NCBI GenBank assembly: GCA_040357565.1
Contig: JBDODJ010000039.1
Strand: one strand, 5' to 3'
Length of the DNA: 64,000 nt
Source: Cercozoa sp. M6MM
Lineage: Eukaryota > Protista > Endomyxa: Ascetosporea
The stretch's first letter is position 1. Every line of letters begins with the position of its first letter. The translations under genes and the position numbers were made by a program. Positions 12,122 through 25,295 of the stretch are shown piece by piece. A model generated the notes under the pieces. The model worked only from the letters and a program-made list of their open reading frames with translations. It did no database searches and was not told where the DNA came from.

Positions 12122-14257
12122 TCAGAACACGGCCTCATCGACCTTAAGTTGGAAGTACATGAACAAACACAGCAGCACTGCCGTGCCCCACGTCAGCACG
12201 GCCTTGGACTCGGCCATCTGAGACACATACCCTCGCAATCATCATTGGTGAGAAACCCACCAAAATAGGTGTACCAAGTAAGCGCCATACCGCAGAGGTG
12301 ATGCACCTCGCAGTCGATCGCGCACCAGGAACCAAATGAGTACGGCGAATCCCAGCGTTAGCAATACCGAGTACATCAACCAACCGATGCCTGTGCCACA
12401 CAAAAACTCGTAAACAGCGTACTACTCCTTGAAAACAGCAACGGACGTTTCTTGGGGAAGTCATCCTTGGCATAGGGAGGCAAGCGACCAGGAACAACAT
12501 CTGTCCAGAGCAATTTCCTTTACTAGAACACGCAAAAAAAAAACGTTAAAGTACCGTTCATGGTGTATTGCATGGAACTGCAGATTCTGCGCACAGCACA
12601 TGCCATTGGGTAAGTTACTAAGTGGGGTGCAGACATACGATAGAGTGTATACAGGAATAGAGAGAGGAAAACGCACGAGAAGAGAATGAGTGTGGCAAAG
12701 GCGAACCACGCATCCACCGCCGTCTGCAGACACAAGAAGGCCGAGTGCAGGTACAAGTCGCGTTCCTCCTGCGGCACATTCGTCGTGCTGGCTTCGACAT
12801 CATCGATCGTTTTGGGTGCGTCATCTTCTGTTGCTCCGGCTTCGGGAGAATTGCGGAGACACGGGATGCTATCCTTCGCCGCCTTCTTGAGCACGGCGAG
12901 GTCGCCTTTGATTCGCAAGACATGCACGATCAGCTGCGCAGAGATGCTCGAGTGAGAAAAACCACAGGGATCAGAAGCATCTGACCATACCTTGTATACA
13001 CCTTCGACGGCCCAGATTCCCGCGAGTTGTTCGATGTGCTTGACCATTGCCGGCATCAATCGATACGGCAGCGAGGCCCACACCTGGTCAGTTGCACACT
13101 CGAGGCATGGAGAATTGGAATCAGAAAAACGCAACTGTACCAAGCCAAGGGTTCCGACATAGTCGGCACACCGCTTGTTGACCGAGAAGTACATGCCGAT
13201 GGAGCGTGTGACAAACACGATCAGCGGGTACAGTGCACAGAAGAAGACTTGCTGTAAGCAACAAAAAAAAACACTCATTGCAACATGATATACTCATACA
13301 AAGGTCAAGTGTACCGCAGTGACAGAGTCAACACGCATCCAGGCCTCGGCGAAAGCGACAGAGCACCCGATTTGTGCATGAATCATAAGCTTCAAAAACG
13401 CAAGAGTCTTTCTTTCGACAATAAAAGATAATGAATAAAGAACCTGGACAATGCACTCGCGAGCACTGGTCGTCCAACGTTCCTTCCGTCTAACAACGTG
13501 CAACGCGGCGAATGAACACACAATGCCCAGGCCTACACAGACACACGCGCTGCGAGCATGGGCAGGCGGACGAGAGGACACGTACAGAAAGCGAGAGGCC
13601 ACTGCCAGAAGCGATTGAACGAGTCGCCCAGCATGAAGGGAACCGAAATCACAACAGTGCTTGCAGTGAGCATCGCGACAAACACCACCTGCAGCCGCAG
13701 CGGCATGTGCTCCTGCCGCACTGCGCGCATGAACTGGATTTGGAAGATGCCCGACATGACGCACAGCACCGGCATCTTCACGAAGTGGAACACCGCCTTG
13801 TCCTTGGCCGGGATCAACATCCATCCGAGTGCTAGCAATGTGCTTACAAACTACCCACCGGCATCTTTGCATATGAACTTCGGCACACAGTATCGGCGAG
13901 AAGTACGCTTGTACCGCAATGATGACGGGTGGCAGCCACGACACAGCCTTGTTGTCCTTTGCATCCGTGTAAACTGTTGTGGCTAAACACGGCACGCCGC
14001 GTGCTCGCGGACTCATCTGTCTGGCTGAGTGAAAACTCTGGAAACCTCCAGACTACGTCTGCTCCTCAGAGATCACCTGCAGCCGGATCAGCCAGTTTTA
14101 CCGACAGCAAGCCCGGTGCTGTGGTACCTAAAACAAGCTGATGTACAGTATGATGAAATGCTGCGTTCTGGAGCGACGATCTGCTCTGACTCGGGTCGGT
14201 TTGACCGGTCCCAACGATGATCTGGTTTGGATCCAAGTTTTTGATCAACAAATCCAT
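12122..14257 (-). CDS. Uncharacterised multipass membrane protein (spliced)
   Basis: Hydrophobic exons joined by GT-AG introns (e.g. LQVVFVAMLTASTVVISVPF, YPLIVFVTRSIG, WFAFATLILFSCVFL, YSVLLTLGFAVLIWFLV); ends ...LKVDEAVF* TGA 12122-12124; start tentative. Confidence 0.55.
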
Positions 14258-14440
14258 TAAGCCCGCGGCTTCTGTGTTTAGAGGATTAAATCACTTTATG
14301 TGGGGACTGAGCAGTAACAGTACTTTGTTTTGAGGTTCACAAGTTGTTTGAGCGCTGCGTTTCACATCGGGGTTTTCGCTGCTGTTTCGATCGGGACGAA
14401 AATCTCGATCAACCCTAGGAGTAGCGATCGAGACGAGAGA

Positions 14441-15299
14441 ATGACTTCGCACCACGAGCGCTTCAACAACCTGAGCGAGCGGACTAGTGACCGCGGGCAC
14501 AAATCGGAACGCGCGATTCTGGGATACACGGGTGTCATCCGGGGTTACAATCATGTGCAAGGCAAAAACTTCTCGCGCGTGATCGCCGAGTGCGATGCGT
14601 ACGCTTCGTCGCCGGAAACTTTTGGACGTCTCGCGGTGAAGTCTGCCCTTCCCAAAGACCCTCAGCATATAGTACGTGGTCGCGGGGAAAAGCATGGAGT
14701 GACACCACTCAATCTGACTCGAGCACACCGATCTAGAGCCGTTGACGATCCCAAGGCAAGCGATCGCTGGGTTCCGACTTCTGCCCTTGGTACAGAATAC
14801 AAAGTGCCAGTTTTGTATTGTACCATTCGTACGGAAGGTTATCGGAACCCTACGCAGCAAACAAGTGGGCCGAACACGCAAAGGAAAAGGGCCTCGAACC
14901 CCATGAGCTGCGTAAAGCTGTTTAGAATAATGCCGAGTTTGATTCTACTGTGACTGGTTCCAATTCCTATTTGCGTGGCAGAAGACACACGACGCTTCCG
15001 TTGCGGCTTGTACTCCGACAACCAAGCTGAGTGCATGAAGCATGAATATGTATGGATACTCGCAAGCGACTGTCTTTTCTGAATTTACAGTACTGCAAGG
15101 GACGCGAATAGAATGTTGTCTTTCACAGGCGAATGAGTCTGAGTCAACGACGTTGCGCACGGGTTGCAGTCACGCCCAGGACTACGAGGAAGCTACTAAG
15201 CTGACACTCTGCAACGTTCGTTTGGCAGGCAACGCAGACCGCATCGCCGACGCCCACGCTCGTGCCCGTTCTCCGCGTCACAGCTCTAGCTGCAACTGA
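14441..15299 (+). CDS. Small protein with a FAM166/CIMIP2-like motif (possible ciliary microtubule inner protein)
   Basis: AILGYTGVIRGYNHVQGKNFSRV resembles the 'IPGYTG.IP...G..F' motif; downstream exons plausible. Confidence 0.35.
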
Positions 15300-15749
15300 A
15301 ACACACATGCGGTGTACAGTAGCAACAACCCACAAATCGCGAGCCTTGACCCATTTGATCTGATCGGAAATTAAATTGAAGTAAAGCAGAAGTACAATAC
15401 GGTACTATCAGCGCTGCATATATGAAAACAGTAATTTTTTTCAACTCCTTTCCTTCTGTGGCTTTGTGTACAGTTTTTTTTCTTTTGTGTGGTACAGGAC
15501 CTGGCAGCAAATTTATACAGATATTGTACTGTTTCCATAAGTTGGCGCTCGGTACTTGAACTCAATGCGCAGTCCTACGGTAGGTAACACAATATACTGT
15601 AACTGTGAGCAAAAACGAAGTCCTGACCCAGAACAGTAAACTAGGTGAGATACTGCAGTTTAGCATATATACTGAATACCGTATAGGCGGTGGGCTAGTA
15701 TCTGTAGCTGGTTTTCACACCGAACTTCTGTCAATGTCCTCTGGATTTC

Positions 15750-15887
15750 TAAAAGGGAGTTGTATGGTCCTGTCCTGACGTGAGCGGGCGGTACTAGACA
15801 TGCTCTTATGACCCCAGATTGGTGCAGGGGAACTACATACGTCACTTGGTTTCATATAAGACTCAACTAACTAACTACAGCCAGAGC
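15750..15887 (+). mobile_element. Dispersed repeat copy with (AACT)n-like tail
   Basis: Colinear with the reverse complement of 45855-45982 (aaaagggagttgtatggtcct...catgctctt..ggtgcaggggaactacata..ttggtttc..aagact.aactaa). Confidence 0.7.
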
Positions 15888-15937
15888 GACCTGAGCTGTA
15901 ACGTAAAGAAGCGTCAGCGGTAGCAGCGCGAGCTACG

Positions 15938-16565
15938 CTATGTCTGTTGAAGCTCCGGTCGTGTGTTCTCGCTCCGCAGTCCGTAGATGGAGTTGCACAC
16001 GAGGTCGCGTCGTTGCCGTACATGCGTGTACCATGGGGGCCGTGATGAGGCTGATCACAAGAGTAGTACAATAGTTTATAGGAGTAAAACATCAACACTG
16101 CAGAACGGTCTACCTTCGCTTTCGTCATTGCAGGCGCGCTCGAGCGCGAAAAAAGCGTCACCCGTCACGCGCGAGTCTGTTTTGGCAAATCACATATCAG
16201 CAACACACACACAGACACAGACACAGACACAGACACACACACACCAGAAACACAGATGGTCTTACCGGAGCCAGCTTGATGCGCCGAGCCAGTGCGTTTC
16301 ACACGCAACTGCTGCGCCACGGCATCGAGACCGCCGTGTATCAGACCTATCCAACAGCACCACACACGTGCATACACACGTGCATACACACACACACATA
16401 CACACACATACAGAGAGGCAACACAAGCTACCCGAGGTGAGACACTTGAGATCCGACGTGTGCGGGAAATACAACAAACACGACTCTCTGAACTCGCTCA
16501 ACTGGTCCTGCCCATCAGGAAACCAGTCAACAACACAGCAATCAACAAATCAACAAATCAACAAA

Positions 16566-16612
<47 letters not shown>

Positions 16613-16727
16613 NNNNNNNNNNNNNNNNNNNNNNNNNNNNNNNNNNNNNNNNNNNNNNNNNNNNNNNNNNNNNNNNNNNNNNNNNNNNNNNNNNNNNNNN
16701 NNNNNNNNNNNNCACACACACACACAC

Positions 16728-16790
<63 letters not shown>

Positions 16791-17740
16791 AGGCTACCGG
16801 AAGGTTTTGTGCACTAAGTAGCTTCAACAAGTAGGCTTGGTCGTATGCACCTATGCACACATCCAATCAAACACAATCTCAAAACATGAATGGAGTGCGC
16901 TGGGTACCGTGGAAGACAATCCAGTGCACACGGTGGTTCAACACGAGACCACTCGTGAGGAACAACTCGGCCAGCTCTTCCGCCGGTATGCCCTCTCTAT
17001 AGAGAAACGCACGATCGCACAGACACTGTAACCCTTAAAACAACATGAGAGGCAGGAAGACTGTACCTGGCGCATCGCTGGAAGTCTATTCCTGCCTCGC
17101 GCAGCAGCGCAATCGAATCCGGAGCAAAGAGCTGCAATTGCCAGCCACATCAGTCTCATACAAAAACAGAAGACCAGTTTATCAATGTCAGAAGGTACTT
17201 CTCTCTCCAGATCGAAGCGCAAATTGAACTGAAACGTGCATCGTCCTGGCCTGCACACAGAGAAACTCGCATACACTGTGGTACATCAACATGGAACATC
17301 AACAAACACCAAGCAAAAACAGCACTACCGAGGTCGGCCCTGTCGATCGAAAAAGGTGAGACCAACCTACACGACCACACATGCGCACATAGAGAAACAT
17401 AACACCCAAACAGATGCGTCTGACACTCACTTGTATCAGCGACAGCGAGTCGACGTTGAGCTTCACAGAGTCGTAGGCGTGCTCATGCGAAGCGAACTGG
17501 CGCGGCACAGTGCGCAACACAACACTTCACACGAAGCAACTTTATAGCAAGAAGTCAGATGAACAGCCAAACAAAACAGGTACCCTGGGAACTCGGTATC
17601 CATCGCGACACAAGGATAGTCGTCCAGGAACGACTGTGGAACACAGAGTTATAGGTTTCACAACATAAAACGAGGGCAGATCAAGCTACGGCAATCTCGA
17701 GCATTGTAGCCCGCGCGTTGCCGGCCCAGACGTCCACCAT
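15938..17740 (-). CDS. CAF1: CCR4-NOT deadenylase CAF1/POP2 (CNOT7/8 family), DEDDh nuclease
   Basis: MVDVWAGN...YPCVAMDTEFPG...KLNVDSLSLIQVGLTF...FQFN...ELFLTSGLVL...WIVFHGAYDQAYLLKLL...HGGLDAVAQQL...HQAGSDS...NSIYGL; contains a gap in a (CA)n intron. Confidence 0.92.
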
Positions 17741-18185
17741 GTATCACCTCTGCACAGAAAACAACAAAAAGCTCAATTCAATCCACACAGCCCTACAAAT
17801 CCGCGCAAATTCAAGCAAACCAGGCGAACAAATTTTGGCACCCAACGCAGACGCAACACACTAGACAATGACGAATCTAGCGTCACTTTGAAGTTTCTCA
17901 CGAGGGACCACCTGCGGTATCTCTAAGAGGAGCCTCTGATTCCGTTCGTTCCAGAAATTGGGCTCCCGGTGCCTCCTGGAGGGTTGTGACGCTTCACCAC
18001 ACAGCACACGTGACAAAAAACAACGTGTCTGTGCTCTGGCACCACGTTTCGTGCCTCAGTCATCTCAAAACGGGCTCGCGAGCTTTGGGCTCAAACTCAT
18101 ATAGGCTCACATTATCTCCTGCTACGTTGTCGCGATCGACGTGCTCCAGTGTGCTGCATCGGATAGTGTTTGTAGGTTTGACCTG

Positions 18186-20570
18186 ATGGAGCATCAGAGT
18201 CTCTTCGACAGTGACAGCGAGGATGAAGATTTTGGCGGTGTACCGGAAAAGACAGTCGAAAAAGAAGACTTTGGAGGTGGGCGCCACATGCCGAAGAAGG
18301 CCGAAAAAAAGAAGCCCGAGTCACCGAAAAAGAGACGACGGCCGGCAAAGAAAAGGGCCGAAAAACCCAACAAAAAGGTATCCAGAAAAGGCTGACTTGT
18401 TACCCGACCCTTTTACCCCTTGACACCTTTTACTCATTGTCTCCCCTTTGCCCCCTTATCCTTGTCTACAGCCTAGAAAAACAGTGAAGAAATCCGATCG
18501 CGAAGCAGCACATGCGTTGCACACACTGAACGTCAGCTTGCTCGCGCTCAGGTTAAAAACTCGAACACTTGCCTTCGCGGACGAGTTGCTAGGCAGCACA
18601 CTGCATTCGCTCGTTTGCAAGTACATATTTTCTGCACCTACAGGCATAATAATTCATAAAAAATTGCAGCGATACCGCGCTGAAAGAACGTCATGGGACC
18701 ACGCGAATTCGGGTGCCTGCTCGAGCGCCTCGACCACGCTTCTCCGAGGTGCAGTTGTGTAGCCAACGTTGTGCATCAAGCATGTGAAGCCTGTTGGGTT
18801 TTGCAGTCAGTGCTTTCGCTCAATGAGAAACGCCGGCAGTACTTGGACAAACTCAAGACTGAATTCAGTTTCAGTGATAGTGGTACACAGTTGTCTGTTT
18901 CCAGCACGCGTTCTATATTTGCAACGCAATGCGCACAGAAGACGAAGAAGAGGAAAACACGGTCAAACTGAGCGCACGTGAGCTTATGTGGACGAAGATT
19001 ATCGGCGATGGCTTTGAATCGCTTGAGCAGGTTCATTGTGTTTACCTCCGCAGTTTTTGACTGAATCAACTGGTTATTATTTGTAGCTCGGAACGACAGA
19101 GTTCGATCTGAGTCGATTCAGCGACTCGACTTTCCTGCCAAGGTACAGCACAATTCACTTTGACTTTAAAAAAGTGGAGAACACAGGCGAAACACAGAAT
19201 CTTGCGTGTACTGTTGTCGTCGCTGAAACTGGAGGTGTGTGACGTTGCGAAAGGCGACTGTCTCGACATGATCTGGTACACCCCGTGTTGCTGTAACATT
19301 TGTGTCAAAATGAATCTGCGGTTTTCAAACAGTACGCACGCGAAGCAAAGCGACTGTGAGAGGTGTTTGACACGCCAGCTCATGGACTTCGTTGCAACCC
19401 GAATTGAGCAGAACGAGGATTTTGGTACATTCTTTTGAGGCAATTTTTATTCAATTTCGTTTCTCTTGCAACTGTTTCTTTTGTTTGCAGAAGATTCACC
19501 GGTGAAAAAAGTCTCGATCGATGTCGCTACTGGACTGCTGTTTGCATTGCTTTCGGCCCTGCACGTTCCAGTGCGATTAGTGTCAATTTTGGCACCTGTG
19601 CTGCCGAGTACGGTTCGGGAGCTGCGAGACGAAACTGAACGACTTAAGACAGTGTCGCTTTCTCCAGCTGGTATCGATTCTTTTTAAAATATCAAGCTAT
19701 GATTTTGAGTGTTTTTGTTTTTCCTGAAGCAGAAGAATGCAAGACTGTCTTGCGAAAGCCCGTTGTCGCTGTTTTAAAATCAACCAAACGAAAGCCTCGA
19801 TCGAAAAAAGCTCAACGTGACACCCAACGATGGCTTGAATTTGCTGACCATTCTTCCACGCGGACGCCAAGTATGTGGCTTGAAGTCTTTTGTACAGACT
19901 TGGGTAAGCCAAAACAAGGTTTCTCGTGCTCTCAACATCCTTTTTGTATCACAGGGAGGTGGGTGAGCCTTCGGTTTGGCCCCAAGAACAACGCGATTTT
20001 GTTCGACGACGGCGGAAAAACTCGCGAGCGCTATTTTGAGATTGCGCTTCAAAGCGAAAGCGATGGTGAGTTCGAAAGCGGCAATGACGGTGTCATCGAG
20101 TTTGAAACCATTGATTTCGACGGTGTATGCTCAAGCGGCTACGTTGTGGCATGTGCGCTGGATCACGGCCGCTTCGGCGATGAAAAACGTGATCGCTTGA
20201 ACTTGCACGACGTGACGAAACGTTATTTGCCAAAAGAAGGCTCAAAATCGGTAATTTTCGTTTTCTTGTTTTGTTGATATGAGAAAACACAAGAGAAATT
20301 GACAGAAAGACAACTGGAAGACAGTGTATCGACGGCGCGGCGGTGCTTTGTCCATCGAGCAACACGACTGGTTGAAGAAACTGACCGAACTCGGCGACTG
20401 CAATCCTCTCACAAAAGTAGCCTGCTTTGCCTTCCATACAGAGCCCTTTAGTCTGATATGTTTCACTGTGAGAACAGTCGCTCCACGCAGTGGATGTGTG
20501 GCAACAACAACGCGTGCTCTGGCGCAACGAACCACTTCCTAGCACACGTGCTGGTACTTTTAATCGCGTA

Positions 20571-20611
<41 letters not shown>

Positions 20612-22039
20612 TATATTTATGTTATTTATTGTTGGTGATTATTTGTATATTCACCCCCCTCTCCGCAGCACTGCAGCACCACCCGCTGTTCAGTTCGGCA
20701 TCGCTGGCTCGGAAGTACCAAGTAGCCTGGCCGCCTGCGCCAATTCTCTTCGTAGTCGGTGGCAGGGATGCCAGTGGTAACACACGAAAGCACGTGACTC
20801 AAGTCTGGGCGAAACTTCAGCGGCATGTGCAAGCGAAACCACGCACATCTGTAACCCAGTCAAAGTTCAAGTATCAGAATTAATTTATTTTGGAAGCGTA
20901 GGCCTTGTGCATCACACGAATAGCACGGCAGGATCGAAGCAAGCGACGGCCACAGCATCTACAAGGCACAAAAAAGTACACGGAGGCACTGCTGGGCGAG
21001 TGCGATGACAATGACAAGGACTACGATGAGGATGAACATGGTGTGCTTTCTGTTTGGCTATCCTGCCTGTTGTCTTTACTCTCATCTCTAGGTATTCGTG
21101 TCGTTCCTGCTGCGCACATGCGCGAACTGGTATCTTGTCGCCCCTGCAGCCCACCCTTAATTTCAGTTGTCCGTGGTAGCACTCGGCGGACCTGTGGATG
21201 CGCGAGTTGCGTCGTGTGCGCACCGAGGAGTTGGCACGTGCTCCCAAGACTGTGGCCATGTCCGCTCTCTCTGCGACACCCGGTACACTGTCCCGTCCAC
21301 ATGTATCGGTCTTGTGTACTTTTACTGTACAGGAGCACCTGTACACCTGTACGGCGAATGGCAGACCGAAGTATGGCAACCAGCTGAGGCTACCGAAGGA
21401 AAGGTGCCTCGCAACGCTCGCGGCACGGTCGATCTTTTCACACCGCAACACTTGCCGAAAGGTGCGTGGTCTTATCCTCTTTGGAACCCTTTCGGTTTTA
21501 CTCTACTTCCCTTTAAGGTTGTGTGCACCTGCCATACGCACGTATTCTAAGTGCGGCCAAGGCACTCAAGATCGATGCTGCGCCAGCTCTCACTCGATTT
21601 GATATTCGGTATCTCCCTTTTGACCTCTTGTCTATTAACGTCTATTTCCGATGCTTTCTTCTACCCTTGTTGCACCCCGCAGAGGCAACCGGAGCGTGCC
21701 GATCTACGAAGGAATCGTCGTGTGCAAGCAGGACGCGCCGCGAGTGCTCGAGAAACACGCGCAACTGGAGAAGAAACGTGTCCTGCGCGAGCGGGAGCGT
21801 CACGACAAAAAGATGCGCGCGGCGTGGACCACTCTTTTTCGCACTGGTATCAGCAGCATATAACCTACGCCAATTTTACTGGCCTCGCGGTTGTTATTGC
21901 TGTAGTCTTTGCGCGTCTGCAAGTGCGCAACGAGCTGAGCCAACTCGCGCAGTCGGTGGCATTCCGAGCGAACAAGCCGACGGATCAAAACCACAACGAA
22001 CGTGACTCAAACAAAGCTGAGCCGGACGAGGAGGTTTGA
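18186..22039 (+). CDS. XPC: DNA damage recognition protein XPC/Rad4
   Basis: Transglutaminase-like region (LLFALLSALHVPVRLVS, WLEVF, YVVA, DVTKRY) and BHD1-3 (HHPLF, LYGEWQTEVW, GKVPRNARGTVDLF, LPKGCVHL, SVPIYEGIVV). Confidence 0.92.
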
Positions 22040-22246
22040 ATTTTAATGAAACGAGAGCATCATTCGACCGGACTGGAACGAAGCAACGAGAAACGATCGC
22101 GAACTTAATATTTTAATGGAAGCACGGCTCCACACGCAAGCCAGACCAATTACGTTCTCGGATCGTAGTATAGCTGTCGTGTACGCTCGACTGCGTGACG
22201 TAAAATGCTCCGCTAATAAACGAAATAGAGCGAGCAACGACGGTCG

Positions 22247-22301
22247 GGTGCAGGAGAACTACTGAGTGGAGAACTACTGAGTTGGTTTCCTAGAATCCAA
22301 C
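22247..22301 (+). mobile_element. Dispersed-repeat fragment interrupted by the TIR element (continues at 23219-23233)
   Basis: ggtgcaggagaactac...gttggtttcctagaa matches the family at 15821-15860 and 45875-45908. Confidence 0.65.
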
Positions 22302-23218
22302 GGGTTCTGGGGCGTTGAGCCCACTTTTAAATACGCGTGCTAACTATCATCAGTGCATGAGCACATAAGATTAGTGCATAACTGAGTGCGTGGAAGTTCC
22401 GCTAATCCCGTAAACTCGAAGAAAATTGTGATACAATCCTCTTATTTTGTTGCGTTGGAGCGCCGGATTCGCATCACCGCGCTTTGATAATGGCGATCTC
22501 TGCTGCCTGTTTCGTTGTAACGAAAGTTGCGCTGCAGTGCTGACATCAATAGAGCACCCTGGCTTTGGCGTAGTAGCTCTGTCTTTGCTTTGCTGGCAGC
22601 GGCACGGCGTGGTCTTTTGGCGGGAGGTTCGCTGGTCTCACTTGGCGTCCCGGGAGCCATGTTTTGGCTCTCGTAGTCCGGGTCAACTTGATCTGCCACT
22701 TCTGCAGTGTTCTCGTGCAGTGCGTCTTCGCGGGTCAGGAGCGCGTACAGGTCCTGTTTGTGCACATGTACTTGGCGAAGCGCTTTGCCTTCTTGTTGTA
22801 CTTCGTACGGTGTTTCGGGTACACCGGGCGGCCTCCACAAGAGAAAAAATCCACTACATCGGGCAGCAAGGACGCCTTATCAGAGCAGTACGTCTCAATG
22901 AACTCAATCTCCGTTTTGATTGTCACCAGTTTCGACAGAACGCCAGGCATGGTTTTTATCGTGTTCAGTCGTGTGCTTACACTCTACACTTGCAAAATAA
23001 CAACACTATGCTCGTGCTAACATACGAAAAAGACGCGGACAGTCGTTTTATATTTCGTGGGTCGGCGCTCAATTGCCCGATTTTGTGAAGCCAATTTCTT
23101 CGAGTTTACGGGATTAGCGGAACTTCCACGCACTCAGTTATGCACTAATCTTATATGCTCATGCACTGATGATAGTTAGCACGCGTATTTAAAAGTGGGC
23201 TTCAACGCCCCAGAACCC
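22302..23218. mobile_element. Complete 917-bp non-autonomous Mutator-like (MULE) DNA transposon
   Basis: ~127-bp near-perfect TIRs (22302-22428 / 23092-23218) starting GGGTTCTGGGGCGTTGA; perfect 9-bp TSD GAATCCAAC at 22293-22301 and 23219-23227; no transposase. Confidence 0.93.
22442..22950 (-). CDS. Putative spliced cargo gene inside the TIR element (~134 aa, NLS-like PPAKRPRR)
   Basis: Exon 22950-22858, GT-AG intron 22857-22754 and exon 22753-22442 give an open frame. Confidence 0.45.
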
Positions 23219-23289
23219 GAATCCAACTAACTCGATTGTACGTACCATACCGCGACGAGTCGAGTCAGTGGTAGCTGCACGTTGTTGCT

Positions 23290-24758
23290 TCAGAGGGGCG
23301 CGACGTAGTCAGCCGGCAGCGGCGAGTCGGCCTCGGTCGGGAAGGGCGCGAACGGCGAGCCGTCGCGGTTTTGTAACCCTGCCACACGACACTCAGTGAG
23401 CAACTCGTTCACAAAGACAGAAGAGAGGAAGGGAGTACAGTTGTCCCTGGGGTAATGAGCGCCTCCCTCGATGGTGTGCACCGTGAAGGAGTCTGATTGC
23501 ACAGTCCAGGCATTCAACACACAGTATCCGAGAAAGAAGGCAGAAGGGGGGGGGGGGAAGATGGAGCATACGCCGAGGCACATCGCTCGTGTTGGCGGCC
23601 GAGAAGTGAACGACGCGACCGTGCAAAAGGACTACGTCGCCGGGATCGGCCTCCAACGCCACACTCGGCTCAGTCGGCAGCGGTGCCACCTCGGCCGGCT
23701 CAAAGTAGGTACGGTACTCGCCTGGCTTCGTACTCCTGGACAAGGGGGGCGGGGGGGCCCAAACGGGGTAAAGGGGTAGGGGTAGAGGGTCAAAGAAACG
23801 TTATTACCGCAAGTAGCGCTGCGACAGACCGATCGATTCGTTCTTGTGCGAGCCAGGGACCACGTAGAGACCTAGAGTTGGTGCCAAGGGTAGGAGTATA
23901 GGGTCAGGAAAGGAGGCAGGAGGTACAGCCGTTATTCTTGCGAGCTGGATGCAAGGCGAGCCAGGACCCGATACACGACTCGGGCTCAGTGTACAGGAAG
24001 GTACTATCCTGGTGTGGAGTGACAGCACCGCCGATTTCGGGCTGCTTGAAGATGTACATGGACTGCAGCGGTCGAGGGTCTTTGAACAATGACATGGCCA
24101 CTGGTCGGAAGTTGCGTGCCACGATGTTGCGCACCACGGGGTCTTCGTAGTGCAGTGCATGCCCGATCTTGTTGAGACACAGTTCCTTGGCACGTGTCAG
24201 TTCGCCTGTCCCCTCGTCAAAGGCATCGGCTTCCTATACACTCCCATTGACCCTTTGATCACATGTTGACCTCTCCTTCATCCTTTAACCATCCCTTTAA
24301 CCGTGATTCCTTTGTTACCCAGAAGAAGCGAGTGCAGTCGCCACTCTCGAGGAAATAACGGTCCTCGTGCGGGTCTGCAGGAATTGTGAGTACTGGACAA
24401 AATGCACGAGTCACTTTAATGGTCCAAAGTGCCTAGTTACCAAACGTCATTCCTTTGGAACGCTGACGTTCGCTGTCGAACACCGAGTCGCTGGACTTTG
24501 GATCGAAGGCAGCCACCAAACTGGCGACACGATCCACTCTGGCGACACGACACGTACAACACTTGTCGTACAAGTTGTGGAAACGCAGAGGAAAATCTAG
24601 CTACAGCATCGACACATCCCGCTGCGACACCAATCGCCGAAGCACCAAGTAGCCATCCTTTTCGAACTGCGCTAACTGTCAAACAAAAAAAAAGCTAAAC
24701 AAACAGTGCTCTGTTCGATCGATCAGTTTTGCACCTGTTTTGTACTCAAACCGCGCAT
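23290..24758 (-). CDS. PHYHD1: Phytanoyl-CoA dioxygenase domain-containing protein (PhyH/PHYHD1-like 2OG-Fe(II) oxygenase)
   Basis: FEKDGYLV...YFLESGD...NKIGHALH...QSMYIFKQPEIGGAVTPHQDSTFLYTEP...NGCLYVVPGSHK...GDVVLLHGRVVHFSAANTS..RH. Confidence 0.92.
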
Positions 24759-25295
24759 CAACTACGTTTTTGTATGCCAATTCGGAACTACACAAGCCTA
24801 ACACTCACGTCGGAGACGATAATACAGTAAAGTCCTTAATTCCTTTCTTAAGGGGGCTTCCGCCGGAAACGGGTCCCAAACGACCAGAAAGCAAAACCTA
24901 GCCCAACTTGATGATCACAGATCAATTGTGATCACCAGTTCATTCAGTCGTACGGTGTGATGAAGTCGGAAGTCAGTCGTGCGTCGCCCATCAAGGCTTG
25001 ATGACTACTTGCTCTTATCCTCGTGCCATCAGGTGGCGAACGTGTCAGAAGAAAGAAACGCACGAAAGATCATCAGGGGAAGTAACGAGGGGAACGTCAA
25101 TCATCTTCGAGCTTTGCTTTTGGTTTGCCTCCAGACGAGCAGCTTCCCGTTGGGCAGCATACTTTCACTCACGCACAGACATCGCTTTCTTTGTCCCTGC
25201 GTGAACTAAGCTTGCGAGTCGGGGGCGCGAATTTGCATGCGCTGCTCTGATCAATCTTAGGCGGGAAAAAAACTGATTTTAGGAAAAGGAACACG

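Noticed and set aside
16165-16866. HT/CV-repeat ORFs
   Set aside because: Translations of (CA)n microsatellites in CAF1 introns.
17905-18020. snRNA candidate (Sm-like AATTTCTGG and a short hairpin on the minus strand)
   Set aside because: No U1/U2/U4/U5 signature sequences; lies in the CAF1/XPC promoter.
24905-25255. Box C/D snoRNA or U3 (three TGATGA boxes, CTGA at ~25247, TGATCACA palindrome)
   Set aside because: No terminal stem, wrong spacing and no recognisable rRNA guide; would need a cmscan/snoscan hit.
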